From Welwitschia mirabilis (lineage: Eukaryota), in NCBI GenBank assembly GCA_051453625.1, contig JBOZIK010000001.1, positions 3,138,870 through 3,202,869 on the forward strand: a stretch of 64,000 nucleotides of DNA, read 5' to 3'. The translations under genes and the position numbers were made by a program. Positions 1 through 11,562 of the stretch are shown in pieces. The notes under the pieces were generated by a model. The model saw nothing but the letters and a program-made list of their open reading frames with translations. It did not search any database and was not told where the DNA came from. Each line of letters starts with the position of its first letter. The stretch's first letter is position 1.

Positions 1-169
1 GTTCACAGGTGGGACATCCCGGGTTCACATTTTCTCAGATTTTCACCTCTTAACCTTGATCGTTCTAAAGTCCCATTACTTAGTGACATCATTGAAACTC
101 TTCATTTTCCCAATAGGTGATTCCAGATATTATCTCCTTCTTGTCCTTGAGCTAGCTTGGATCCAATGA

Positions 170-500
170 CGTAACAGCACTTGGAAGATTGAAAAAGCAG
201 TGATGAGATGTCTGGCTAGTCTTTGATGGTGCCAGAGTGGATCATTACACCAAAATAGTGGTCACCTCATTGGTCATGAGGTTGGTATTCACCTCATGGT
301 GTAGTGTCGTGGGCAAGCTCATTTGATTTTGGCACATGTTAAGGATTTGATGCAAGCTTAGGACTCTTCTAGACTTGAAATAATGATGTGAATCCGAGGC
401 TCATGCCCTCTATGGAATAAGCTGAGCGAAGAGTTGAAGCAGCTTGACATCAACTAGAGAATTGAGTTTTTGAATGACTTGCAGACAGAGTGTAACAGGT
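170..500 (+). mobile_element. Possible decayed LINE-type RNase H-like fragment in the TMEM120 intron
   Basis: Broken frames read WLVFDGA and NN...EAHALYGI, resembling plant L1 RNase H motifs (FDGA; NNxAEAxAL). There are many stops and frameshifts. Confidence 0.3.
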
Positions 501-1809
501 TTTTGTTAAAAAAATGGCATTGTGTGCCTCACATGTGACTTCTTCTTCCTTTGTTCCCCTTAAAGCAGGAAACTAGTCACAAAAAGACGACAATTAAAGG
601 TGCGTTGACTAATCACCGTCACTCGTTTAATCACTATTGGATTCAAAACTCTATTGCTCTTTTTCTCTCGTTGACACTAACATTGCAATCTTAATTCATA
701 TTCAAAAGAGAATAATAGTCTTAGAGGGGGAAAAGAGGCCTCACCAATGCAAGAGCTCTCCTAGCAACCTCTGAAATTCAACAAATGAGGTTTGAATTGA
801 AATAGACCTCGCTTATATATCGATTTGAGGTATAGTTAAGAAATATGGGTAAGCAAATAGTATGATTCTGTATGTTCTTATTCAAAAATCACTTTTTCGC
901 ATTTCAAAAGCGCTGTCATTGTTTTTTTTTAATCAACATTGAACAAGTCTAGGAGTTGTGGACTTACCAAACTCACTGACTTTGGTGAATTCTTGGAGTT
1001 TGGTGAGTCCAAAAATCCTGGATTTCTCTTGGTGAGTTTGTCATTTTAAATTTACACAACATTTTGCAACTCATCTAGATCACCACGAGTCTAGTGAGCC
1101 TGCCAACATTGGTTACAACTAAGGGAGATGGCTTAAGCCTTGATAGTTAACGGAAGTATAAGGCGGGGTAAGAATTCTTTTGTGTGACTAAAGGTCTAGG
1201 TATTAGATTTTAGTATGCAATGTTGAGCATGTGGGATATCATTATTGCTTTGGTCTTTGTGACAATGCAATTGGGAGACCTATAGAGTGTCAAAGAAAGG
1301 GATTGTTGCCACATGTCAATGAGAGCAAGTGGGAAATAAGGAGAAATGGCATTAAGAGTTAGAGTCCTAAGAATGAAATCAGGAGTATGTGGGAAAATAC
1401 AGGTGGATTGGTAACCTATAACGAGGACAAGCAGGAGGGAGAATGAAATAGTTTGGGAGGATAAGGTGAGATAAGGAAGAGAATGCAACCTCATGAGGTG
1501 TTGAAGGTTTGGTAGGTAATATTGTTGTAGAGAAAGGAAAATACCATTTGGGAGGCAATGAAAGCTGAATGACAAATCAAGTTAATAATCGTTAATTAGC
1601 TAGTATCTATCATCAAGGCCTCAAATAGTCGAACATCTAATGCTGATGTGTAAGATGAAAATAAGGGAAGGCTTATGAGTGGAGTCAACGGATGAAAAGT
1701 TTCTTGCAATCCAATATACATGTTGGATGTTTGGGTGCTAACACATGTTGAGACACTTGGATGCCTCATGCATGGTTGTATGCCTAGGTATAGTCAAATA
1801 CAAGAAGAG

Positions 1810-2185
1810 GATTAGGCATCCACCACGAAGTTGGGTACATGTGTGTCCATGCATCTATTGAACACCCCAAGCTTGGGCATCCAATGGTGATGTTGGGCAC
1901 CAAAAGAATTGTTCCAGCTTGGGAAGAAAAGATGTGAAATTTAGAAGGGGCGAAGCTTGGAGTGTTGGATGTCTTTGCATCCAACGCTGATGTTGCACGC
2001 CCAAAGAATTGTTATGGCATCAAAAGAAAAGAGGGGAATATCGGAATGTGGATAAGATAAGAGGTTTGGATGAGATGCTTTTGGTGAGAGACAAAAGATT
2101 AAAGCGAGTCTTGGATGCCTAGGTGTCCAATGTTGGTGTTGGATGCCCACAGAATTGTCTTGGCCTAGGAGGAAAAAGGGCAATA
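1810..2185. repeat. Degenerate ~100-145 bp tandem repeat (core CATCCAAnGnTGATGTTGGnnnCCnAAAGAATTGT)
   Basis: The core recurs near 1877, 1977 and 2123, with a partial copy near 1815. Confidence 0.6.
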
Positions 2186-3010
2186 TTGGAATAGGGATGA
2201 GACATTTTTGGTAAGGGGCACAAGCTTGAAGGAGGTGTCACAGTGTTACAGGGATTCAATTTCTCTTTGTAGTGTCAATATTCTAACGCTGACCCCTCTT
2301 CCATTTTGTGAAAGGTGGTTATGTTATGATTTTCTTGTTGACATAGGTCAGAAAGGAGCCAAATCACATAAAATCTTTGTGTTCTTATTGCTTTGTTGAT
2401 TCATTGCTATTGTTCTTTGTAGTACAGTGACATTTTTTCATTTGGATATCTTTTATGCACCCTTTTTGTTCCTATGCTACAAAGATATCTTTGAAGAAAC
2501 CATTGAGTTTTAGTTTCTTTTCCTCATTTCCCAAGTCCATGTCATTACTGCATTTTAGAGACTCTTGCCTCACTAGAGGAGGACATTTGTCAAGAGGATG
2601 ATATTTGTTGGAGTGAATAACACTTCTTCCTTTAGCTCCTCCTAGGCCATATTTGAATCTGGAAACTTCACCTCGACAATCTTTGTGGCATAAGGCCCAT
2701 ACATCTTTGTGAACATGAGAGATCTCTCTTTCCAACCAATCCCATCCAAAAGTTCTTGTTTGAGTCCATGACCTTCACTGTATAAAGCCCTAATAAAAAT
2801 AGAACTGAGAGAAGATTAAAAAAATGTCATTTAGCTACTTTAAAACACACCTTACCATATGTGTAATTTTGTAAATCATGATTCTGGGACTATGCCTTGC
2901 AATTGGAAGTACAGACATACTTGCATTGCGAAGTGATGTGGAATACTGATTCTGCATTGATCATCTGTGTTTCTTGTTTGAAATCACATCCTTGAATCAT
3001 GATTTTTGCA

Positions 3011-3076
3011 ATTATGCATAGTGTTCCTCAAAAGTATGGTTCCATTATGCACAGTGTTCCTCAAAAGTATGGTTCC
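3011..3076. repeat. 33-bp tandem duplication
   Basis: ATTATGCA(T/C)AGTGTTCCTCAAAAGTATGGTTCC occurs twice, head to tail. Confidence 0.9.
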
Positions 3077-4082
3077 ATTGATTCCTAATAGTTCTCTTCA
3101 TTGCTTCTAGAAACACTTATATTGCTAGAAGGTTTCGAAGATACTTGTAAAATTATTGTACTATTATTGATTATTGAAGAAAATTACATGCCAATGTTGA
3201 TGGAATAATTTCTTGATTACATTGAATCTGAGTTTCTCTATTGTTTGTGTATTTTCACATTTTCAAACGACCCATACATTCTTTTAGCCCTCTATAGCTT
3301 TTTATATTTGTTTTATACACGATGCCTTAAGAAGGTAACTGCAAGAGCAGTATGAAACATATATAATAATTTGGCGTCAGGCTTCTTCATAGTAATGAAG
3401 CACAGAAAATATTGCCATTATAGATTTGGTATAATACATATATCTTGAGATCTCAATGAATTCTCTGTTTTTGCATTTTGACATGGCATTTTCATAAGGA
3501 GTTTCAGATGTGAACATAGTTCAAGAAGTTTAGAGAAGTGGACAAGCAGGTTATGTCAAAATATATTCTTTGTAAGCTCAGTTATTTCCTTAGTTCATGG
3601 TTTATACTCATTTCATTTCTACCAAGTATGTTGTTCAAATTTTCACTGTTCAAATGTCATGCGTTCATTTGATTTACTTTGCATTATCTATATAGTGTCC
3701 CCTTCTTGGAGAATAAACACAGATGCAGTGTTTCTCCTTCAAGATGATATTTACATTCAGTGGCCATTGGATTAGATTTTTTATCTCCATTCAAAATGAA
3801 CTTTGTGTGATATCTATTATATGTGAAATCACTAATCACAACTTGTAGCTTGGGTCTGCTAGACAAAATTAAATACATGCACATGGAGACTTGTATAAGC
3901 TACATGGGGTGAAATACTCCTGTCAAACTTTTTTTCACATGTTTAAGTCATGTAGTTTTGATAGAACTATTCAACTTCTTTCTACATGGATTCAAAATTT
4001 TCTTGCATTATGTCTTCTCTAACTACAGCATCCCCTGAAATTCTTTTTTTGTCATCCTTAACAAAATATGCTGACATCACAG

Positions 4083-4169
4083 GCACGGAGAATGGATGTC
4101 GTCTGGGGTGAAACTGCTGGTGTGGAAGGTCAGCTCTGGTTGCTGTACCCAATTCTATTTATTTTACAG
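4083..4169 (+). CDS. TMEM120: TMEM120/TMPIT-family transmembrane protein, internal coding exon (third from last; upstream exons lie outside the window)
   Basis: Acceptor cacAG ends at 4082. The exon translates ARRMDVVWGETAGVEGQLWLLYPILFILQ, matching the conserved plant TMEM120 segment A(K/R)RMDVVWGETAGV(D/E)GQLWLLxPILFILQ. Length 87 nt, phase 0, followed by a non-canonical donor CAG|GCAAGT. Confidence 0.92.
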
Positions 4170-7100
4170 GCAAGTCCATATGCTATAGTGCATTCACTTT
4201 TAGTGATCGGTTGCTCAACAAATCAAAGGAAATTGTATCAGCAAGTGATAAAAATATTTATCAAAAATGTAGTGTTATAATTTATAAGTAGTCACCTATG
4301 CTGATATCCAGACGAGATCACTTATATAGTTCTACCATGACACAGTGTTCACACACTTCATGCTTATTTTTGGTGTGTAGATCATCAGAAGGTTAATTGA
4401 ATTGCATTTCTCCACAGGTTGAATTGTTGTTTTGTGAAACAATATCATGTGCATGCAGAATGAAAGCCTACTCCTTACAGGCAAATCACAGATGGAAGAC
4501 CTCAAATAATTCAAGTGGCATACGCATCCACATTTTGTTTATGATGAAAGAAAGATTTTAAAGCTCCAATGAATTGGCATGCACACAAGGACAGATATGA
4601 TAGCTTTGTTTCCATTTCAATCAGGCAGGCTGGAAAAGGATAAAATTTTAGGGCTTTTCCACCTCAAATAAATAGGAAAAAGGCCAGAGTGTGGAGTTTT
4701 ACACGCACAAAGGTAAAGGAGACCTTGAGGACACAAAAGGACTCATGAATCTCTTTGATTGATTGTTGGCTGAAATGAAGTTCAGGATTTGAGGGCTTGA
4801 AGGCAAGTTCAATACATGATGATTGATCACAAAACATGGCTGGTTTTGGATGGCTTGTTTTTAGTCAGATCTTTCGCAAGGTCAAATCTGGGGCTTCTGG
4901 AACCCTTGCTGCATATCTGTAGGCCAAGAGAATAGGTTCTCTCCATTGATTTTCTCTAGGAGTGTCAAAAGGCATGCCTGGTGCAGTAAAGAGGCCACAA
5001 TCGCAGCCCTGGAAGGGATGGCCGTGATCATGCTTAGGTGGAGTAAAAATGACATTTTGATGCTTCTAGCACATATCATAGGCTTCAAGTGGGATTTTGA
5101 TGACTCTGGAATTGAAAAGAGCTACTGAGAGATGGCTTATAATAGATTTAAACACATGATTACAGGACTCATCTATTAGTTTGTACGTCAAATGAAGAAT
5201 ACTTAATACATAACTATTTCAAAGCATACATTCAAGTTAAAAATTTTTAAATTCAAGTGTCAACAAAACTTTCTAGTTCTGAAGCCTTAATATGAAGCAG
5301 TGAGTGTGTGCAGTTCACACAACTTTTGGGTTCTTCTTGATTTCATTATCAACGTCAGTTGAAAAATTGGTGAACATGATAATAGAAGTTGTTTGAGGTC
5401 TTTTCTATTATTCTTGTCAGCCCAAGGCACAGCTGGAAGAGAATCCACCAAGAAAACTATTAATGACTTGATCCTGGATATTTACTTTATTTGGATATTT
5501 CATAGGTGCCACACTCATCTTCTCTAGGAAGCTTTCTTGGGCTTCTTTAGGAATTCGGTTATCTTTTATTAGTTTTTCCAGTTGTCAAGACCTTTTCGCT
5601 GCTTGACAGATTCCTTTTCATTTTTACTATACCACACTCTTAGTTGCAAAGCATACTGAATTACTCCATGCACCGTCTGTTATATGTGAAGACAAATTGC
5701 CTTTACAGCCTTGATTTACCCTCTTGTCATATTTTAATATTAGGTGGCCATCTTGTGAGTGTTAATGGTATAAAACAACATCAAGGAGCCCTTTATTTTA
5801 ACATGCTAAAGGTAAGTAGACTTTAAGACCCCTATGTGCATGCACCCACACAGGCGCACAGAAGAACAGTCTCATGAACCCCCCATATTGTTGAGTGTTC
5901 TTGGTTTCACTCATCGGCAGATCTAGGGGCTGTTAGATCATATAGGTGGTTTGGGTGTGGATAAGCAGCCTTTGGTCTTACCCAGAGTGATGTGGCTATT
6001 GCTATGGTTTCTTGTCCTTTTAGGGTTTGGGGCTAGGGGGAGTTTATTTAAAACCCTTGTTTTAGGGTTAGGGATATAAAGACTTACTCTTGTGAAGGTG
6101 GTTTTGGAATGCTTGTGTTACTGTTTCTGCTTGAGATTTAACAAGAACTTTTCACTTGTGTCCCATGGGTGTTTCCCTTTGCATTAGAGGTCTTGCCATG
6201 TAAATCTCTCTGTGTTTGGTTTGTTGTTATGTGCCCTTTTTTGTTGTTTACCTTTCTGCTCTCATTTATAACAAATATGCAATTTGCCAAAAACAGGTGT
6301 GTTTGCACAATGGAGCATCTGCAGATAATAAATCGACTGACAGGCCTTGATACTCTGGGTGTTTAGAGAAGACCTCCATGAAAGATATTCTGTAACACAA
6401 GGATTGCAATGTGGCCTTAGGAGAAAAGACAAGGGTTAAGCTTCGTTTGCTTGTGTCTCAGCAATAGCATTTTACAGTCATGTGAAAGAGGAGACAACCC
6501 ATAAGCTGTGAGAGAAATTTACGCAGTATTTCAACCAACTCACTGATATGAATATCTATTATATGGTGAATAAGGTTTATAAAATCAGGGTGAAGGGAGG
6601 CTGATCTCTGCGATCCCTCTTGAATGAGAGAATGAATTCTTCATGCAGTATAAAAATGTGCAGGTTACGTTTTTAGAAAACTTACGTGTAACAACTATTC
6701 TCAGTTCCTTGCCTGATAGCTGGGAGACTCTGCAAATGATGCTAACCACTATGTCGACTAGGTTTCCTGACCTGAACATTGTTTATAAGCCCTAACACAA
6801 AAGAAAGTAAAAGAATTCCTGCACATGAATATGTGTATGCTTAAACAGGAAATGTTGAAAAGGAAATATAACTTTTCACACATCAATACACAATGAAGTA
6901 CTAACAATGATTTGTTGTCTACAAGATCTGAAAATTTTAGAGTGGCACCAGTAAATCAAAATAATGCTTCGAAAAATTGATTGCAAGTATAAAAAAGAGA
7001 TTGAATCATCTAGCCATTAAATTGCAAAGAATAAATTAAGAAACAAAGGAAATCCCCACTTCAAGCCAAACTGGGGCAAAAGATAAGGCAACATTTTATT

Positions 7101-7379
7101 AACCTTTCTTGCTTTTTATGCAAATGTTTAATTCAAACAACTCACAACAAACATACAACCAATTTATTGTTAATTACACTGTCACATGTTATTTTGCTTT
7201 CTCTCCTTATTTTTAGCCTTTAATTTATGACCCTTTAGAAGGTCGACATTATCCATGCCAAAATACTCCAACAGGATCATGCAATACCATTCACTGCCAT
7301 TTTAAAGGTTCTTTTGTGGTGAGTGGTGTGTTTTGGGGCTGTTCTCTTGGTGCCTTCTTATGCTGGTGAGCAAAACTTC

Positions 7380-7450
7380 AAACAAAAAAAAAAAAAGAAA
7401 AAGAAAATAAAGAAAAAAAAGAAAAAAGATAAAAGAAAAAAAGAAAGAAC
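7380..7450 (+). repeat. A-rich / (A)nG low-complexity tract in the intron
   Basis: Directly visible poly-purine run. Confidence 0.85.
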
Positions 7451-9049
7451 ACTTGGCAGCAGTTGCAAATTTAGGCATATTGCTTTTAAGTGTCTTCAAG
7501 CTGCATGATTAGACATCTGCCTTGGAAGTGAACATGAGATAAATAAATTCTTACATACCAGTGAGGTTCTTTGTGGGAGTTCAACACAAAAGGGAAGCAG
7601 GAAATTTGGAATGCAGCCTTATAATTTCTAGGGATGTGAAAGAAAGAAGTTATGTTTTTAATTACAGTAGTTGGGCAGTAAACTTCTAGATAGCATATTT
7701 AAGTAAATGCAGACACCACTAGAGTTATCCTTTAGTTTTTTAGAAGTGCATTTCGTTTTGACGCACATTTGGATGGGTTGAAATTTGAAATGGATTGCTG
7801 AAGTGGCTCCTAGGGATCTTTACGTTGATCACATGCCAACTAGAGATGCTGACTCGATAGTATGCTAACTAGGATTTGAAATTATTCATATCATCTTCAA
7901 TTTTGTCAATGTTTGAGCAACTTTTGTACACTTGAGTGCTGGAAATTTCTTTGATTATTAGCATAAATGAAAGATTCGAGGATGAACCTGATGCTAGAGA
8001 TTCTCAAAGCCAAATTCATAAGAATATTCTGATTCAGTCATACTAAAGCTGGTGATCATGAAGCACTTCATTTTTTAATGATCTGGCAACAGAACATTGG
8101 TTTTGATGATGTATTCCATTGCAAGGAAGAGGGAATTTTATTGGATTAAATGCCTTTATTCAGGTCAATGTTTGAAGGGTAAGGGTGATGAAATAGTAGG
8201 AAAATCCTTGTAACCAGGCATGGTTTTAAGACTTGGAAGAAGATTTAGGCACATATTTGTCAATTGGGGATTGCTCTTGATCATGATGGTAGCTGTGCAA
8301 CTGAAGATACAAGATTATGGGGGTAAAATTTTAGGCCAAACACAGCCCAGGAGGTTGTGATCATCAGCATTGCAGAGATCCTTATGGGTTGGCCAGTTTT
8401 TTTTGCAGGGTGGTGGAGTTAAGATGGGAATTTGGCAAGGTGACTTGATGCAGGGCAGAAATTTGGGACGTATAACAGCAGATGGTAGCATTTATGAAGG
8501 CATGAAGCAAAGTCACAGAGTTGGTTGATTGATTCTTAAATGAAATTGACACACATTTACATCACATAGGAGAAACTTTGCATGCACATTACCTGCTGTT
8601 GATGATTAGCTTGATTTGAAGTTTAGTCACCTTACATCTGAAAGTAGTCTTGGACTTGGTTTCAGTAGTTGGTTTCTATATATAACACATTTGAGAAGAT
8701 TCAGTTGTATGTCATCTAATTTTGATTGCAAGTAACATGTAGAAGCTGCTTATTTTTTTGCTTATTTTCATTTGTTTTCCCGTGGCAGCTGGTCAAAATG
8801 CTTTAAGGGGTCCCTTGAAAATGTAGGGAATACGTGAATCATGTCTCTTCTTAAGCTTTTTGTCTAAGAAACTCATGTCACTATATCGAATTTCCTATTA
8901 TAAGCCTTCAGTAATTGCATCAAAACTCATAGATGCCGAGTCGTATTTCAACATGCCTGTGACTATTTGCTTGACTTTTAAAATATTAAATTCAGACTAA
9001 CATAGAAATTAAAGCATGATATAGTGCCTTGACATACTTTGATTTTCAG

Positions 9050-9118
9050 ATATTTGAAGGATATATAGGCCTTCTTTTGCTTCGGACAGTTTTTGTTCAG
9101 GGTGTCTCAGACTGGCAG
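9050..9118 (+). CDS. TMEM120: TMEM120/TMPIT-family protein, penultimate coding exon
   Basis: ttttcAG acceptor and GT donor at 9119. The 69 nt translate IFEGYIGLLLLRTVFVQGVSDWQ, continuing the family sequence (xFEAYVGLLLL...WQ) in frame. Confidence 0.92.
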
Positions 9119-9265
9119 GTTGGTTAATTTTGTTATACTGATTTTTTATTGCTTATGTAAAATCAACGTCAGATAGGCTGTGTTTCTCTCTATTTGTTGA
9201 TGGATGAATGCATTACGTGTTAAAAACAGAGTGATGACTTTCATAAATTTACTGAGATATTGCAG

Positions 9266-9436
9266 GTGGTTGTGTGTGGGATGTTACTGTTGATTATGGC
9301 CATTGGCAATTTTCTAAATACGGTTGAGACTCTGGTGGCAAAGTCCAGAGTAAAGGCAAAAATGAAGAAAACCAAAAGCAAACTAAATATGGAGCGGTCA
9401 ACATCAGACAGTTCAAGCTTAAGCAAAAGTTCATAG
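9266..9436 (+). CDS. TMEM120: TMEM120/TMPIT-family protein, last coding exon
   Basis: ttgcAG acceptor. Translates VVVCGMLLLIMAIGNFLNTVETLVAKSRVKAKMKKTKSKLNMERSTSDSSSLSKSS*, with TAG at 9434-9436, matching the plant TMEM120 C-terminus (MAxGNFxNTVxTLxAKSRxKAKM). Confidence 0.93.
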   Translation: MVVCGMLLLIMAIGNFLNTVETLVAKSRVKAKMKKTKSKLNMERSTSDSSSLSKSS

Positions 9437-11280
9437 TTTGTCGCTTGTGCTTGCTACCAGAGAGAGTGTACGCCCTGCTACAAAACAGATATTTGGATTT
9501 CTCAACAAGGCGAGCATGATCATTTTGCAGTCTCTAATTTTGTAATGATTATTCTAAGAACCAGAAAGAAGTTTCTTTTTCATATGGTGATATGCTACCA
9601 AATACTTTGATCCAAGACACGATGATATGCTTGTAGATTCCTAGTTTCAATTGAAAATATCTTGTAGCATACAGCATTTTTGCTTTGCATCCTAGTTTTC
9701 AATGGAATTGCCTTATTCAAGGCCATAGAATGCGAGCATCACATTCTATTCTAAGAGAAGTCTACTGATTTTGTGATGATTTCTCTGTCAAAAAGAATCA
9801 GAAACAGTTTTGTCGTTTTTTTCCGCTTCTTTGTTCTTTTCCTGCTCTCAATCATTAGCAAGTGCTTGTGGCATAATAAAGTTGCTCACTAGTAAGCACT
9901 ATTCCAAGGTATGACCTTTAAGGTTCCTTCACAATAGAAACATCGGTTATGGTGGGTACACTTGTCTATGATCACAAAGGTAAGGACCATTCCTTAAGCC
10001 TGTTGTTCGCTTTTCTAGATTATTGTTAGGCCTTGGAATTTATGCTTCTTAGAATCCCTGCACATTATAGTTTTCATTTGTTAAGAGCCGAATATCTTTG
10101 AATTGTTATGTATTTCCTGATATGGAGGGTAAAATTTTTTTCCTGCTTGAAATGAGGTATAGAATACCTCTTGCTTGTTTCATATGGTGAATATCTGGTG
10201 ACTAATCTTCACCATATTCTATTTTATATGCAGAACTGGGGCAACTTTGTTTGCAACCTTTTTTCTGAGATGGTGGGATCATAACACTTCTTGTCTGTTT
10301 TCCCTCTACCCCTCATTGTGTGTGTGCCTGCTCATGTGCATGCAACATCACAGTCCCTCGTGCTTCTTGTAGCACGCACTTAATGGATGCTTGTTTAAGA
10401 TATACACACGGCGTTTATAATGCAACTATTGAAGCAGTAGAGGACATTAGAAATCAGAGTGAACTAAGCTGATGGTGTTGCGTAAGCATGTTGAATGTCG
10501 TGAAGTTACATGTAACGAAATGGGTAACTGTGAAAGCAATTAATAACCTATGTAATACATTAGTTAAGTCATGATGTAACTACTGATTGTGATTGACGTA
10601 AATTTCTTATTGTTAAGAAGAGTAATGACAGTTACAAGACCAATTTTGTTAACTGAGGTTGAGTCTGGGACACATGATTCAGTAGATTAAGTCTTCAGCT
10701 ATGTACAGGTATTCCTTTCATTGTGCTTCATTTGAAGAGTATAAAGTGTATCAACCTTAAAGATAGAAAATGTATTGAGAAGGTAGAGAGGGATAATTTT
10801 GAATAGTCAGTAAAAAAGTGACTCCTTGAATTTTAATAGCTTTTTAAAACTTGTTTTAAAGGTTTATATTCCCTTTCACAAGAAGCTAAAAACAATGACT
10901 TGGATACTAGTGAAACTTAGAGCAATAAACTCACTCTCACAAAGAGGGATTAGGATAAAGTTTAGGTGAATTCTAGGCCGTATACATACTAATATCAAAG
11001 ATGGTATTCTGTAGGCTAGGTGGGTTAATTTACTGAGGGAGTGTTATTGGATTTTCAAATGTCTCGAAAATGATATATAGAACATGGATTACGAGTGTCT
11101 AGAAATGAATGATAATAAATATAGGATACAAATAAGAAAATCGTAACAGTATACCATGAGTCCACTATAAAATTATTAAGACAATCGTTTTCAAACTGAT
11201 GCCTGTTGAACAATGAAAAGTATTGAATGATGTCAATATTAATTATTATGCATTAAAATGTATTACAAAGACTTTACAAG

Positions 11281-11562
11281 TATTACGATATTAAACAAGC
11301 AAGCATAAAAGAAAACATCATGAGGCAAATAGGGGGACAATGATATACGTGGAACACCTAAAGTAGCAAAATCACTTGAACGTAGTGTGGAGCTTTCATT
11401 ATTTTCCATGAGTGAAATTCAAAAAAATTATAACAAATAATGCTTTAGTGCTTTTGAAAGCTTTTTTTCTTTAATTTTTCCTCTTTTTTTCTTTTTTCTT
11501 TTTTAATTGTAGACTTATAATGTTACAACATTAAATAACAAATTGGGCTTTACATATCAAGC
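11281..11562 (-). repeat. 3' LTR of the copia element (strongly diverged from the 5' LTR)
   Basis: Colinear similarity to 15535-15835 at both ends, adjacent to the PPT. Confidence 0.7.

Noticed and set aside
934-1111. MITE/hAT-like element bounded by CAACATTG with internal GGTGAGT repeats
   Set aside because: The terminal inverted repeats are short and no TSD was found. It is plausible but unsupported.
1210-1575. 121-aa minus-strand ORF, or an RTE-LINE remnant on the plus strand
   Set aside because: No recognisable family, it lies in the TMEM120 intron, and the resemblance to RTE is too weak.
5931-6142. TG...CA-bounded 212-bp segment as a solo-LTR
   Set aside because: The flanks GGGGC/AGAAC differ at 3 of 5 positions and there is no second copy in the window.
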